Source: a virus (lineage: Duplodnaviria; Caudoviricetes). From it: a stretch of 64,000 nucleotides of DNA. The stretch is from IMG/VR virus record IMGVR_UViG_3300046678_000067, positions 1 to 64,000 of that record; one strand, 5' to 3'. Each line of letters starts with the position of its first letter. The stretch's first letter is position 1. Below are positions 49,430-58,031 of this stretch, piece after piece. The translations under genes were made by a program, and so were the position numbers. The notes under the pieces are model-generated. The model did no database searches. It saw only the letters and a program-made list of their open reading frames with translations, and was not told the origin of the DNA.

Positions 49430-49458
49430 ATTATATATCTTAGTATGCAGCCAGTAAA
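49430..49458 (-). promoter_or_regulatory. Promoter of nrdBA operon
   Basis: TTTACT-17-TATAAT. Confidence 0.65.
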
Positions 49459-49488
49459 TACCGCCCTAAATTATTTCATACTCTATTA

Positions 49489-50226
49489 ATGAAGGACATT
49501 ATGAACGCTCTACCGATTATCCCTAAGAAAACTTTTGAAGTGAAATCAAAGTTTCTGCCGAAGGGTAAAATCACCCTCACCCCTTTCACGGTAGGGTTAG
49601 AAGATATCCTAATCCAAGTTAAGGATGCAGAGGATGACCGCGAAAAGATGCAAGCAATTAAGCAGGTAGTCCAAGCCTGTTGCCAAACCCCAAATGTCGA
49701 TGTAGATGCTTTACCTCTATTCGTTATTGAGGAAATCTTCCTACGCCTACGTCAACACTCTGTTGGTGAAATTATCGAACAACAGTATCGTTGTGCCAAT
49801 GAGTTTGAAGATAAGGAATGTGGTAATCTATTGCCTTTGAATATCGATATCCGGGAATTCAAGATTGTTGAACCTGAAGGTCATACCAATACTATTGTCA
49901 TCTCAGACCCAATTGGTATTAAATTCCGCTATCCTAGTATCGCAGTTTTGGAAAGCGCAGATTCGGATATGTCTGATGAAATCGAAACGATTCTGAGTTG
50001 TATTGCAGCAATCTTCGATGCTGAGAATGTATACAATGCCGACGAATATACGCGTGACCAACTAAGAGAGTTTTGGAATCAACTAACTTTGATGCAGAAG
50101 AAAGACGTTTATGACCAATTCTTTTCTACGATGCCACACCTACACTACGAGCACAACTTGACCTGTAGTAAGTGCGGGCACGTTCATGAGATTGAGTTTG
50201 ATTCAGTTAAGGAAGTTTTTCAATAA
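49489..50226 (+). CDS. 26: Baseplate hub protein gp26-like
   Basis: LP.I, PFTV..E, FLRLR..SVGE, RYP, FF.TMP, CSKCG. Confidence 0.85.
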   Translation: MKDIMNALPIIPKKTFEVKSKFLPKGKITLTPFTVGLEDILIQVKDAEDDREKMQAIKQVVQACCQTPNVDVDALPLFVIEEIFLRLRQHSVGEIIEQQYRCANEFEDKECGNLLPLNIDIREFKIVEPEGHTNTIVISDPIGIKFRYPSIAVLESADSDMSDEIETILSCIAAIFDAENVYNADEYTRDQLREFWNQLTLMQKKDVYDQFFSTMPHLHYEHNLTCSKCGHVHEIEFDSVKEVFQ

Positions 50227-50240
50227 TTATTGGCGGGACG

Positions 50241-50420
50241 TTGATTGACCGACTTGAGGTACAACACGTTCTAGTTCGCGACCATAATATGAATCTTGCT
50301 GAAATCATGAACATGACTCCTTGGCAGCTAGATGTGAAGTTACTATTCATTCAACGCGATCTAGACGATCAAGCCGAGAGACTCAAGAAACAGAAAGGGC
50401 AGTTAGATTTGGGTCTGTGA
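50241..50420 (+). CDS. gp51-like baseplate hub assembly peptide (59 aa; not in ORF track)
   Basis: HNMNLAEIMNMTPWQLDV motif directly after gene 26. Confidence 0.65.
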   Translation: MIDRLEVQHVLVRDHNMNLAEIMNMTPWQLDVKLLFIQRDLDDQAERLKKQKGQLDLGL

Positions 50421-50436
50421 TTCTATACTATCAAAG

Positions 50437-50470
50437 AAAAAGGGAGAACCATAAAATGGTTCTCCCTTTC
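50437..50470. terminator. Bidirectional terminator
   Basis: aaagggagaacc/ggttctcccttt. Confidence 0.75.
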
Positions 50471-51982
50471 TTATTTTATTGCCTCTGTATGTAACTTCAT
50501 TGCGATCTTTTTAAACTCTACAGGGAATTCATCATTCTTGTAGATATCGTGTCTTTCGAAAGCATGCTTCAAGGTGAAGTTAGGTTTTCCATCATACAAG
50601 AAGTTATCAATTAGATCATACACATGAGCACTGGCCTTATCGTTGTGTAGACGTAGAATACGACCAACTGCCTGTAGGGTTCTAATGATAGCCTTCGTAG
50701 GATGAGCGAAGATGAGATTTCTTAGCTTCTTAATAGATAGACCAGTCGAAACGCATCCTGCCGTTCCTAGCACGATTACACCATCTTCCCGCTCAGCGAT
50801 AGCCTTAATAGCCGCTCGCTCATCGCGATCAACAGCGCCGGTAATAACATACACCGACTTCCCGTGATTCATCTTATCAAGAATAGCCTTAACATTCTCA
50901 ATATGCTCAAGTCGGTCGAACATCATCAAGGTATTACCCTTAACCGAAGAAGCCAGAGAAGCAAGAATCTGATTCCGATAGGCGTGGCCTATTAGGAACT
51001 CAATCTCCTTCTGATAATTACAACCAGCTACATACTCACATTCTTCTTGCTTGTAATCTAGCTGGAACATCTTAATATCAACTTCAGTCGCTCGACCGGC
51101 ATCAATCAGTTGCTTAGTTGTAACTACTCGCTTCACTGGTCCGAACAAGCTCATGACCAAGATGGGATGAATCTTCTCAGCCTTAAGCGTACCTGTCATA
51201 CCAATCCGTTGGTAGGCGTTGGTAGCGTTGTTCATAATGTTGGTGATCGACTTTCCGCTGGCTAGGTGGGTCTCATCGTTGATGATACGACCGAACTGCT
51301 TGAAGTATTCCTCATCTTCTTCATAGATAGATTGCCAAGTTGAGATATACACCATCTTATTGGAGTTCTTAGGACGACCCTCCATAATACAATGACACAT
51401 CTCATTAACCTTCCAACCATTGTGACTAGAATAGTCTTGGAAGTCGGAATACATCTGATCTACTAGCATTTGAGACGGCACTAGAATCAAAATCTTCTTT
51501 CCGTCATCATTACTGAGCATTTCATAGTACCGGGTCAACATGTAAGCAATTAGGGACTTACCTGCTGACGTTGCTGCTAGAATAACCATCCGATTAAACT
51601 TGACGCCTAGATACAACGACTCCATCTGATAATCGTATGGGTCGATCGGCATACCGCCAGTATGTAGGTCCAGACTTTTGACCCACTCGGTCAACTCTGG
51701 TCTAGTGACCTTAGAAATATCATTCTTGAAAGCTGTGTCTAGCTCGAATTTCCAACCGTTGGTTTTAGCCAGTTCGATGAGCATCTGAAGGCAACCATAT
51801 GGCAGTAGGTTTCCGCGCCGCTTAAACAGCCGCACTTGACCATTCCACTTGGTCCACTTATTCTTCACGAAGCCCGGTTCATGATATGAGAAGTGGTCTT
51901 CAATGTCCTTGCGGATACCATCATCCTCTGTGTAAATTCTAATGAACGAAGCATTTGCACGTTCGATGACTATATCCGCCAT
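50471..51982 (-). CDS. uvsW: SF2 helicase UvsW
   Basis: PYDYQ, TSAGKS, STWQS, DETH, GMTGTL, LQAVGR.LR. Confidence 0.95.
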   Translation of the reverse strand: MADIVIERANASFIRIYTEDDGIRKDIEDHFSYHEPGFVKNKWTKWNGQVRLFKRRGNLLPYGCLQMLIELAKTNGWKFELDTAFKNDISKVTRPELTEWVKSLDLHTGGMPIDPYDYQMESLYLGVKFNRMVILAATSAGKSLIAYMLTRYYEMLSNDDGKKILILVPSQMLVDQMYSDFQDYSSHNGWKVNEMCHCIMEGRPKNSNKMVYISTWQSIYEEDEEYFKQFGRIINDETHLASGKSITNIMNNATNAYQRIGMTGTLKAEKIHPILVMSLFGPVKRVVTTKQLIDAGRATEVDIKMFQLDYKQEECEYVAGCNYQKEIEFLIGHAYRNQILASLASSVKGNTLMMFDRLEHIENVKAILDKMNHGKSVYVITGAVDRDERAAIKAIAEREDGVIVLGTAGCVSTGLSIKKLRNLIFAHPTKAIIRTLQAVGRILRLHNDKASAHVYDLIDNFLYDGKPNFTLKHAFERHDIYKNDEFPVEFKKIAMKLHTEAIK

Positions 51983-52019
51983 TATTATTCCTTATTAGTG
52001 CTTAGCAGTGATTAGAGGC

Positions 52020-52271
52020 TCATAGAGCCTTCGCAGCCTCCGCCTCTAGGCGTAGACGTTCGTATTCCAGCGCATCCCGTAGGGCAGCTGCGTAGATGGT
52101 TAGACGGCTCTTTGTCGGCATACCTTCTAGCATCGCCTCTTTGATCATGGGGATAGCTAGTTCAGGATGGTTATGAACTTTCCTAGACGTTTTCTGATCG
52201 AAGTAGACGAAGAAGAATTCAACCACGCTCTGTCTGAGGTAGTTCATTGCATTACGGGTTTCGCGTTTCAT
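52020..52271 (-). CDS. Hypothetical protein
   Basis: ORF. Confidence 0.55.
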   Translation of the reverse strand: MKRETRNAMNYLRQSVVEFFFVYFDQKTSRKVHNHPELAIPMIKEAMLEGMPTKSRLTIYAAALRDALEYERLRLEAEAAKAL

Positions 52272-52311
52272 GATTTTTCCGAAGTTTCATATGTAAAATA
52301 ATTTAGCGGAC

Positions 52312-52340
52312 TAGACTTATATGCGTTTACCCCGTATAAT
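52312..52340 (+). promoter_or_regulatory. Promoter TAGACT-17-TATAAT driving a non-coding region
   Basis: Motif match; shares AGCGGACTAGACTT with the GT-operon promoter. Confidence 0.7.
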
Positions 52341-52344
52341 CGAC

Positions 52345-52735
52345 CGTCTAAATTAGTAGACTTGCGTGGTCGGTATGCAGACGGCAGCGCGCAGGTTCGT
52401 TTTACGGCTTACTGTGTTTCGAGCGAAGCCATACCCGCAATCTAGGACTCTTTTTGTCCGGTGTGACCCTGGGTGCTCGACTGTTATGATATTATGACAG
52501 CGCAAGAGGGTGTGACTACTAAGGGAAAATATCTTAACCCTTGGCTGTGGTTGGCTCCGTATATGAGTTAGCTATAGATAGTGGTTCTGTGCCTTACGGG
52601 GCATGGGCCATCTTATCTGTAATTTCACCGGGCTGAGGGTATAGAGGAATTTAATAGAATACTCATACATATTAGCTTGAATCCCTATTTGTAGTTGTAT
52701 CATAGAACCCCGAACTAACCATTCGGGGTTTCATA
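52345..52735 (+). ncRNA. Large structured ncRNA candidate
   Basis: No ORF of 60 aa or more; many nested helices with G-U pairs; promoter upstream and terminator-like hairpin at 52705-52732. Confidence 0.6.
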
Positions 52736-52744
52736 TTTTATAGC

Positions 52745-52773
52745 TTTACTTTTTACATAGTATGCGATATAAT
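52745..52773 (+). promoter_or_regulatory. Promoter TTTACT-17-TATAAT
   Basis: Motif match with CATAGTATG in spacer. Confidence 0.75.
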
Positions 52774-52804
52774 ACGGTTTTCCCTAATAAACGAAGGATT
52801 TGAA

Positions 52805-53728
52805 ATGGATTTTGTACGTCGCTATAACGGTTTCGATATTCGCATCAAGCTTCAAGACAACGTTGCTTACTTCAATATTCTGGATGTAGCCTACGCAGCT
52901 GAATTCTCACGAGCAAGTTCGCTTCGCTATCATACAAAAGGCAAGCGCCGTGAAACGGTAATCGACGGTGCAATCTACCTGACCGTCAAGTCGATGAATA
53001 AGGTTGCCAAGGACGCGATCAAGACTCCTGGTATGAAGCTGTTTGCCGATTGGGCCAAAACGACGCAAGTTGATTTGATCTTCGAAGCGAACAAGCCTAA
53101 GTCAGTTGCTGCTCCAGGATTCCAACTTTGCGTACAAGACTATACTTCTCAAAAGGGATTCCAGAGCAAGACTTCTAAGAAGAAAGTCAAGCTTGGTGTT
53201 GTGACTACGCCTGATATTGTTAAGGCAGCCATCGTTACTGAGAAGTTGTATGGTATCAAGGAAGCGGCAATTCAACTGGGTATGACTGCTCAGCAACTAT
53301 CGAATTGGCTTGTCTCTGAAGGCTATGCCAGCCGTTACAAGGGTAACAACGCGCTGTACTGGAACGCTTGGTTTAAGACCCAAGGTTACGGCAAGCGCCC
53401 GGTCATTACTGATCATAAGGGTCAACGCGAATCTAACGTGGCCAAGTTCACTGCTAAGGGCCTGGAGTTCGTTAAGGCTCGACTGGATTCTCAACGTGAA
53501 TCGAATGTGCTTTCGTTCGCGTCTAAAGAATCTAACGAACGCGTTAAGTTGGAGTCTGAGATCGACGCTCTGATCAAGAATACTTTCAAGGGCGTCAAGA
53601 CTCAAAAGGAATACAGTGCATTGCTAGGTATCTTCGATGCGGAATACTTCATGAAAGAAGCAGTTCTGATCAAGGGTGTCAAGGCAATCCTGGCCGAAGT
53701 TAAACTGAAGGAAAAGGCGAATGTCTGA
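52805..53728 (+). CDS. Bro-N/antirepressor (KilAC-like) DNA-binding protein
   Basis: IRI.....AYF...DV N-terminus; IKEAAIQLGM...LSNWL...KFTAKGLEFV. Confidence 0.65.
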   Translation: MDFVRRYNGFDIRIKLQDNVAYFNILDVAYAAEFSRASSLRYHTKGKRRETVIDGAIYLTVKSMNKVAKDAIKTPGMKLFADWAKTTQVDLIFEANKPKSVAAPGFQLCVQDYTSQKGFQSKTSKKKVKLGVVTTPDIVKAAIVTEKLYGIKEAAIQLGMTAQQLSNWLVSEGYASRYKGNNALYWNAWFKTQGYGKRPVITDHKGQRESNVAKFTAKGLEFVKARLDSQRESNVLSFASKESNERVKLESEIDALIKNTFKGVKTQKEYSALLGIFDAEYFMKEAVLIKGVKAILAEVKLKEKANV

Positions 53729-54164
53729 TTTCAAGGAAATGTCGTATGAAGAAATTGAAGGTGAGGTTGATAAGCTACTTACTATCAATCCTGATGACCT
53801 CGATGGAGAAGCCCTGCGAGGACCCAAAATTTTTACCTCGCTCAACCGTATCTATATCCAGAAGTCCCGACGACTCTCTGAATTGCTCACCGGTCTCCAC
53901 AAGCTTGAGCATAAAAAGAACAGATACTACGGCGGTAAAGACACAGCTGAGTCCTACCGCAAAGAGCCTCTGACCGAAGCGATTCTCAAGACTGATATTC
54001 CTAGCTATATGAATATCGACCCGCTGGTTGTTGAAATGCGGGAGCTTGTGAAGGAAGCCGAACGGATCGTCAAGTTTCTTGAAGACGCTAAGGGTCAGTT
54101 GCGCCAGCGCGGGTTCGACATCAAGAACGCGCTGGAATTCCGTAAAATGATGTTGGGTCTATGA
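53721..54164 (+). CDS. uvsY: Recombination mediator UvsY
   Basis: YYGGK...LKTDIPSY...D...RGFDIKNALEF. Confidence 0.9.
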   Translation: MSDFKEMSYEEIEGEVDKLLTINPDDLDGEALRGPKIFTSLNRIYIQKSRRLSELLTGLHKLEHKKNRYYGGKDTAESYRKEPLTEAILKTDIPSYMNIDPLVVEMRELVKEAERIVKFLEDAKGQLRQRGFDIKNALEFRKMMLGL

Positions 54165-54355
54165 CACCAGTCACAGCGGCTATGGTTGCCAAGTTGAGAC
54201 AAGAGACTAGCGAAACAATGATGGATTGTAAGAAGTATCTTGTCCAATTCGAAGGCGACTTTGATGCCGCCTTGAAGTATATTCAAACAACGCCTTATCA
54301 TATGCGTCGTAGTGCAAGACTAGACGGTAAGCGTTGCCCTTGTTGCGGGAAATAG
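54161..54355 (+). CDS. Stand-alone EF-Ts N-terminal (UBA-like) domain protein
   Basis: VTAAMVAKLRQET...MMDCKK.L....GDFDAA matches the EF-Ts N-terminus. Confidence 0.75.
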   Translation: MTPVTAAMVAKLRQETSETMMDCKKYLVQFEGDFDAALKYIQTTPYHMRRSARLDGKRCPCCGK

Positions 54356-54362
54356 GAGATTA

Positions 54363-54905
54363 ATGAAGTATAGCGTCATTCCGGGTTCCGGTGATGCAGA
54401 GTTGATCGTAGTGCGTGGACTTCCCGGTTCTGGAAAGTCCTCATTCGCCAAGACTCTGACGGATACCCTTGTTATTGAATCAGACATGTGGTGGTATCGT
54501 AATCCTCAACTAGAATATCAATTCGATTTCGACCTTCTGAGCCGCGCTCATCGCTGGGCTTTGCAGTCGGCAGAAGCGTTCTTGGCTGACGGTCGATGCG
54601 TTGCAGTAGCAAATACAAACCTGACTTTCCGTGAAGCTAAAGGCTATGTTGCTTTTGCCAAGGCTATCGGTTGCCCTATTTCCGTCTATACGATGGATAA
54701 GGGAGTCAACTATGGAAGCATCCACGGCGTACCGAAAGAAGTGATGGTACGGATGCACAATAAGATGGAATCACACGAAGTATTCATGGAGAAAGCAATT
54801 GCTTATCAACCCGACGGAACTGAAGGAATTTGTCGAGACAAACCCCAAGCTGGTCTCTCGGAAGGAGTCCAAGCGGCATCCGGGTCTGTTCGTACTGAAG
54901 TATAA
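54363..54905 (+). CDS. P-loop (AAA_33) polynucleotide-kinase-like protein
   Basis: VRGLPGSGKSS, VANTN, SIHGVP. Confidence 0.8.
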   Translation: MKYSVIPGSGDAELIVVRGLPGSGKSSFAKTLTDTLVIESDMWWYRNPQLEYQFDFDLLSRAHRWALQSAEAFLADGRCVAVANTNLTFREAKGYVAFAKAIGCPISVYTMDKGVNYGSIHGVPKEVMVRMHNKMESHEVFMEKAIAYQPDGTEGICRDKPQAGLSEGVQAASGSVRTEV

Positions 54906-55722
54906 GAACAACGTATTCTATGATAACCTTTGGCACCTCAGCCCGTTTCTGAATAAGTGCCGAGGATTGGTTGTAGATAAAGACTACAACGTTATCATCA
55001 AACCGTTTACAAAGGTATTCAATCATCATGAGAATGGGACGGACATTGATCGGGACGAGCTTTGCACTGTTGTCCGCAAGGTCAATGGCTTCATGGGCGT
55101 CGCAACTTATGCTCCGAGTTTTTCTGATGACATCATTTACTCTACTACTGGCAGTCTTGACAGTGACTATGTCGATTTGGTTAAGAAGCATGTAGCTCAG
55201 TATGAGGATCGGATTAAGTCTTGCGGTCCATGCACCTTCATCTTTGAGATTTGCGACGAAACCGATCCGCATATCATCAAGGAAGAATTCGGAGCTTGGT
55301 TGATCGGCGGTTCAGTATATCACAACGATCAATCTTATCCGGTGTTGGAGAGCGTACTAGATCATTTGGCATATCACTGGGAATGTAAGCGCCCTGAGCA
55401 TCACCCTTGTCTGAGATTCTCAGAAGTGGTAAAGATGGCCAAGGAATGTAAACACGAAGGTTATATGGTCTATGGTAGGTTTTCAGGCACGTCTCTGAAG
55501 ATCAAATCGCCATATTACCTGGTAACTAAATTCCTTGCTCGTGCAGGAGAAAAGAAATTGCTTGAAGGTGTCCTCTCGGAGAACCGTTATCAGGCAATGC
55601 AGAAATTTGATGAAGAGTTCTATCCGTTGCTAGGGTTTCTGTTTGCCCACAAGGAAGAATTCTTGACCCTAGATGAACAAGCCCGAATCAATATCATTCG
55701 AGGCTATTTGGAGGATAAATGA
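54799..55722 (+). CDS. RNA ligase (Rnl1-like)
   Basis: CRGLV, RKVNG (KxNG), FEI, EGYMV, LKIKS.YY. Confidence 0.85.
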   Translation: MLINPTELKEFVETNPKLVSRKESKRHPGLFVLKYKNNVFYDNLWHLSPFLNKCRGLVVDKDYNVIIKPFTKVFNHHENGTDIDRDELCTVVRKVNGFMGVATYAPSFSDDIIYSTTGSLDSDYVDLVKKHVAQYEDRIKSCGPCTFIFEICDETDPHIIKEEFGAWLIGGSVYHNDQSYPVLESVLDHLAYHWECKRPEHHPCLRFSEVVKMAKECKHEGYMVYGRFSGTSLKIKSPYYLVTKFLARAGEKKLLEGVLSENRYQAMQKFDEEFYPLLGFLFAHKEEFLTLDEQARINIIRGYLEDK

Positions 55723-56264
55723 ATTTGTATGACACTTTCTTTACCAGCGATACGCATTATTACCATAAGCGTATTCAAGAGTTTTGCCCTGATACGCGGG
55801 CTGGTAAGGATGCAGAAGAAATGACTGAGATCATGATCGACAACTGGAATAAGGTTGTTAAGCCTCATGATCGGGTTTACCACTTGGGTGACTTTAGCTT
55901 TGGTAGTTATGCAAAGACGGCAGAGGTTCTTGGACGACTGAACGGCAACATCGAGTTGATTATGGGTAACCATGATGGTAAGACTATCCGTAGTTTGTCT
56001 GGATACTTTGCTTCTATGAAGGACTACGACCATATCAAAATTGGGGATCAATACCTAGTATTGTGTCACTTCCCTATTGAGAATTGGCGTGAGATGAAAC
56101 ACGGTACAATCCATCTTCACGGACACTTGCACGGCGATAGTCACCATGGTGATCGAAAGATTCAAGGTCGCATCGACGTTGGTGTTGATACCCGTAAGGA
56201 TCGACTCATGACACCATACCACTATGACGAAGTTTTGGAGATTGTGAAGAATGGCGGCCATTAA
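55719..56264 (+). CDS. Calcineurin-like metallophosphoesterase
   Basis: SDTH, LGDF, GNHD, HGHLH, DVGVD. Confidence 0.9.
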   Translation: MNLYDTFFTSDTHYYHKRIQEFCPDTRAGKDAEEMTEIMIDNWNKVVKPHDRVYHLGDFSFGSYAKTAEVLGRLNGNIELIMGNHDGKTIRSLSGYFASMKDYDHIKIGDQYLVLCHFPIENWREMKHGTIHLHGHLHGDSHHGDRKIQGRIDVGVDTRKDRLMTPYHYDEVLEIVKNGGH

Positions 56265-56565
56265 GAAAGTCAAAGTTCCGTTTGATAAAGACGGCAATAT
56301 GTTACATAAAGATCGCGGTAATGCAGCACAATATTCAGAAGTGGATGCCCCATTCAGAGAACATATGACTTTCAAGTCTATCCAGCGTTGGTCGTCTAAC
56401 GTTGTGATATTTGAGAATGGAGTAGGTAATACTTTCTATATGAGCCAAGGTGAATTCGAGAACAATATCAAGTATATGGTTCGCGGGGTTCTGGAAGGTA
56501 GGTTTTACTTCCATAAGCAAGGCCAGTATTTTAGTTTGAAGTATATCCCAGATGCCGTCATTTGA
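56251..56565 (+). CDS. Hypothetical protein
   Basis: ORF in operon. Confidence 0.55.
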   Translation: MAAIKKVKVPFDKDGNMLHKDRGNAAQYSEVDAPFREHMTFKSIQRWSSNVVIFENGVGNTFYMSQGEFENNIKYMVRGVLEGRFYFHKQGQYFSLKYIPDAVI

Positions 56566-57310
56566 TCTGGTAAAGGCTAGAAAGAATAGCGCTGATAAGC
56601 AGTTTCGGCAGCGCTTTCTAGAGGAATACGATTGCTACAATATTGACTCTCCTACAGGACGCTTATATGTTACGCCAGACGGTAGCCGTTTTCCATCGGT
56701 TACTACCTTTCTCGGTTCTCTTGAGAAGGATGATGGCTGGTTTGAAAGGTGGGCTGAGAAGCTAGGAGGTATTGATAAGGCTAATGCTGAATCTGAGCGA
56801 TGCGCTACGCGCGGAACCGGGGTTCACTTGGCCTTAGAATATCTTCTCAAGAACAACCCAAAGCCTGAAGAGGCAGGTGATTATCAATTCATGTATCGTC
56901 AGATTGAACGTGTAATGCGTATTCACGTCGATGATATCTATGGGTTGGAACTGCCGATGTGGTCTAAGAAGATGGGTCTTGCAGGTCGGGTAGACTGCAT
57001 TGCCAAATACAAAGGCGAGTTGGCCATCATCGACTTTAAGACTGCGACGAAAGAGAAGCTGGCTAAGTTTATTACCAACTACTTCCTTCAAGCTACATGC
57101 TATTCGATTATGCTTGAGGAGCTATACGGTTTGAAAGCCGAGAAGCTAGTCATCATTATCTCTGTTGAGCAAGCGGCTGAAGCTCAAGTCTTTGTTAGGG
57201 ATCGCCGCGACTATATGGTTTTGCTTGCTGAGAAGATCAAGGAATTCCGTGTGATCCAGTCAGAGAAAGAAGCTAAGAAATCAGATGATCTTTTCGCTAT
57301 GTTCGCATAG
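56552..57310 (+). CDS. PD-(D/E)XK exonuclease
   Basis: FPSVTT, RGT.VH, AGRVDC, IDFKT, Q...Y. Confidence 0.85.
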   Translation: MPSFDLVKARKNSADKQFRQRFLEEYDCYNIDSPTGRLYVTPDGSRFPSVTTFLGSLEKDDGWFERWAEKLGGIDKANAESERCATRGTGVHLALEYLLKNNPKPEEAGDYQFMYRQIERVMRIHVDDIYGLELPMWSKKMGLAGRVDCIAKYKGELAIIDFKTATKEKLAKFITNYFLQATCYSIMLEELYGLKAEKLVIIISVEQAAEAQVFVRDRRDYMVLLAEKIKEFRVIQSEKEAKKSDDLFAMFA

Positions 57311-57353
57311 TTAGGGTATAATCTCTTTATCGAAACTTACATAGTTAAATGAT

Positions 57354-57836
57354 ATGCCGATAGTTAAAACTGTAAAGGGCGATTTGCTGAAGATGTTCAA
57401 GGATGGAGAATTCGATGCCATCGCCCACGGCTGTAACTGTTTCCATACGATGGGATCGGGAATTGCTGGACAGATCTCAAAGCAATTCCCTATCGCTCTG
57501 GAAGCGGATAAGAAACAGACGTTGATGGGTAACGTCAAGAAGTTGGGTGACTACACCCGCGCATATACGAATCACGGATGGATCATCAATGCGTATACGC
57601 AATATCATCCGGGTTATTCGACAGAAGATGTTCTATATCCGGCCATTGAAAGTGTTTTCACCCGGATAAACAAGTATGTCGCACCTATGCTCGAATTTGT
57701 ATCAGACACTGATCTTAATTTGGGAATTCCTAAAATTGGCGCGGGAATTGCTGGTGGAGATTGGAACCGTATTGAAGGAATTATTAACCGTGTTAGCCCA
57801 AGGCTATCCATAACCCTGGTGGAATGGGACCGGTAA
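57354..57836 (+). CDS. Macro-domain (ADP-ribose processing) protein
   Basis: KGDLL, HGCNCFHTMGSGIA, NAYTQ, PKIGAGIAGGDW. Confidence 0.9.
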   Translation: MPIVKTVKGDLLKMFKDGEFDAIAHGCNCFHTMGSGIAGQISKQFPIALEADKKQTLMGNVKKLGDYTRAYTNHGWIINAYTQYHPGYSTEDVLYPAIESVFTRINKYVAPMLEFVSDTDLNLGIPKIGAGIAGGDWNRIEGIINRVSPRLSITLVEWDR

Positions 57837-57853
57837 GATTCAGATGTAAATGC

Positions 57854-57882
57854 TTTACTTTCGCATACTATGCGGATATAAT
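57854..57882 (+). promoter_or_regulatory. Promoter at start of tRNA region
   Basis: TTTACT-17-TATAAT with CATACTATG. Confidence 0.75.
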
Positions 57883-57900
57883 AGATGTAAGTTAAACGAT

Positions 57901-57977
57901 GCGCCGGTAGCTCAACCGGATAGAGCAGGGGATTTCTACTCCCCAGGTTGAGGGTTCGAATCCTTTCCGGCGCGCCA
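57901..57977 (+). tRNA. tRNA-Arg(UCU)
   Basis: Cloverleaf; gggga-TTTCTAC-tcccc; CCA. Confidence 0.9.
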
Positions 57978-58031
57978 TAAAGTTGCGCAAAAGCTGAGTT
58001 AGTATGGTATAGATACATATTGACTTGGTAC

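Noticed and set aside
52345-52735. Group I/II intron, RNase P RNA or retron msr-msd
   Set aside because: Not inside a gene; conserved cores not found by eye; no reverse transcriptase in the window
56552-57310. Cas4-like nuclease suggesting CRISPR
   Set aside because: Common phage PD-(D/E)XK exonuclease; no Fe-S cysteine set, array or other cas genes seen
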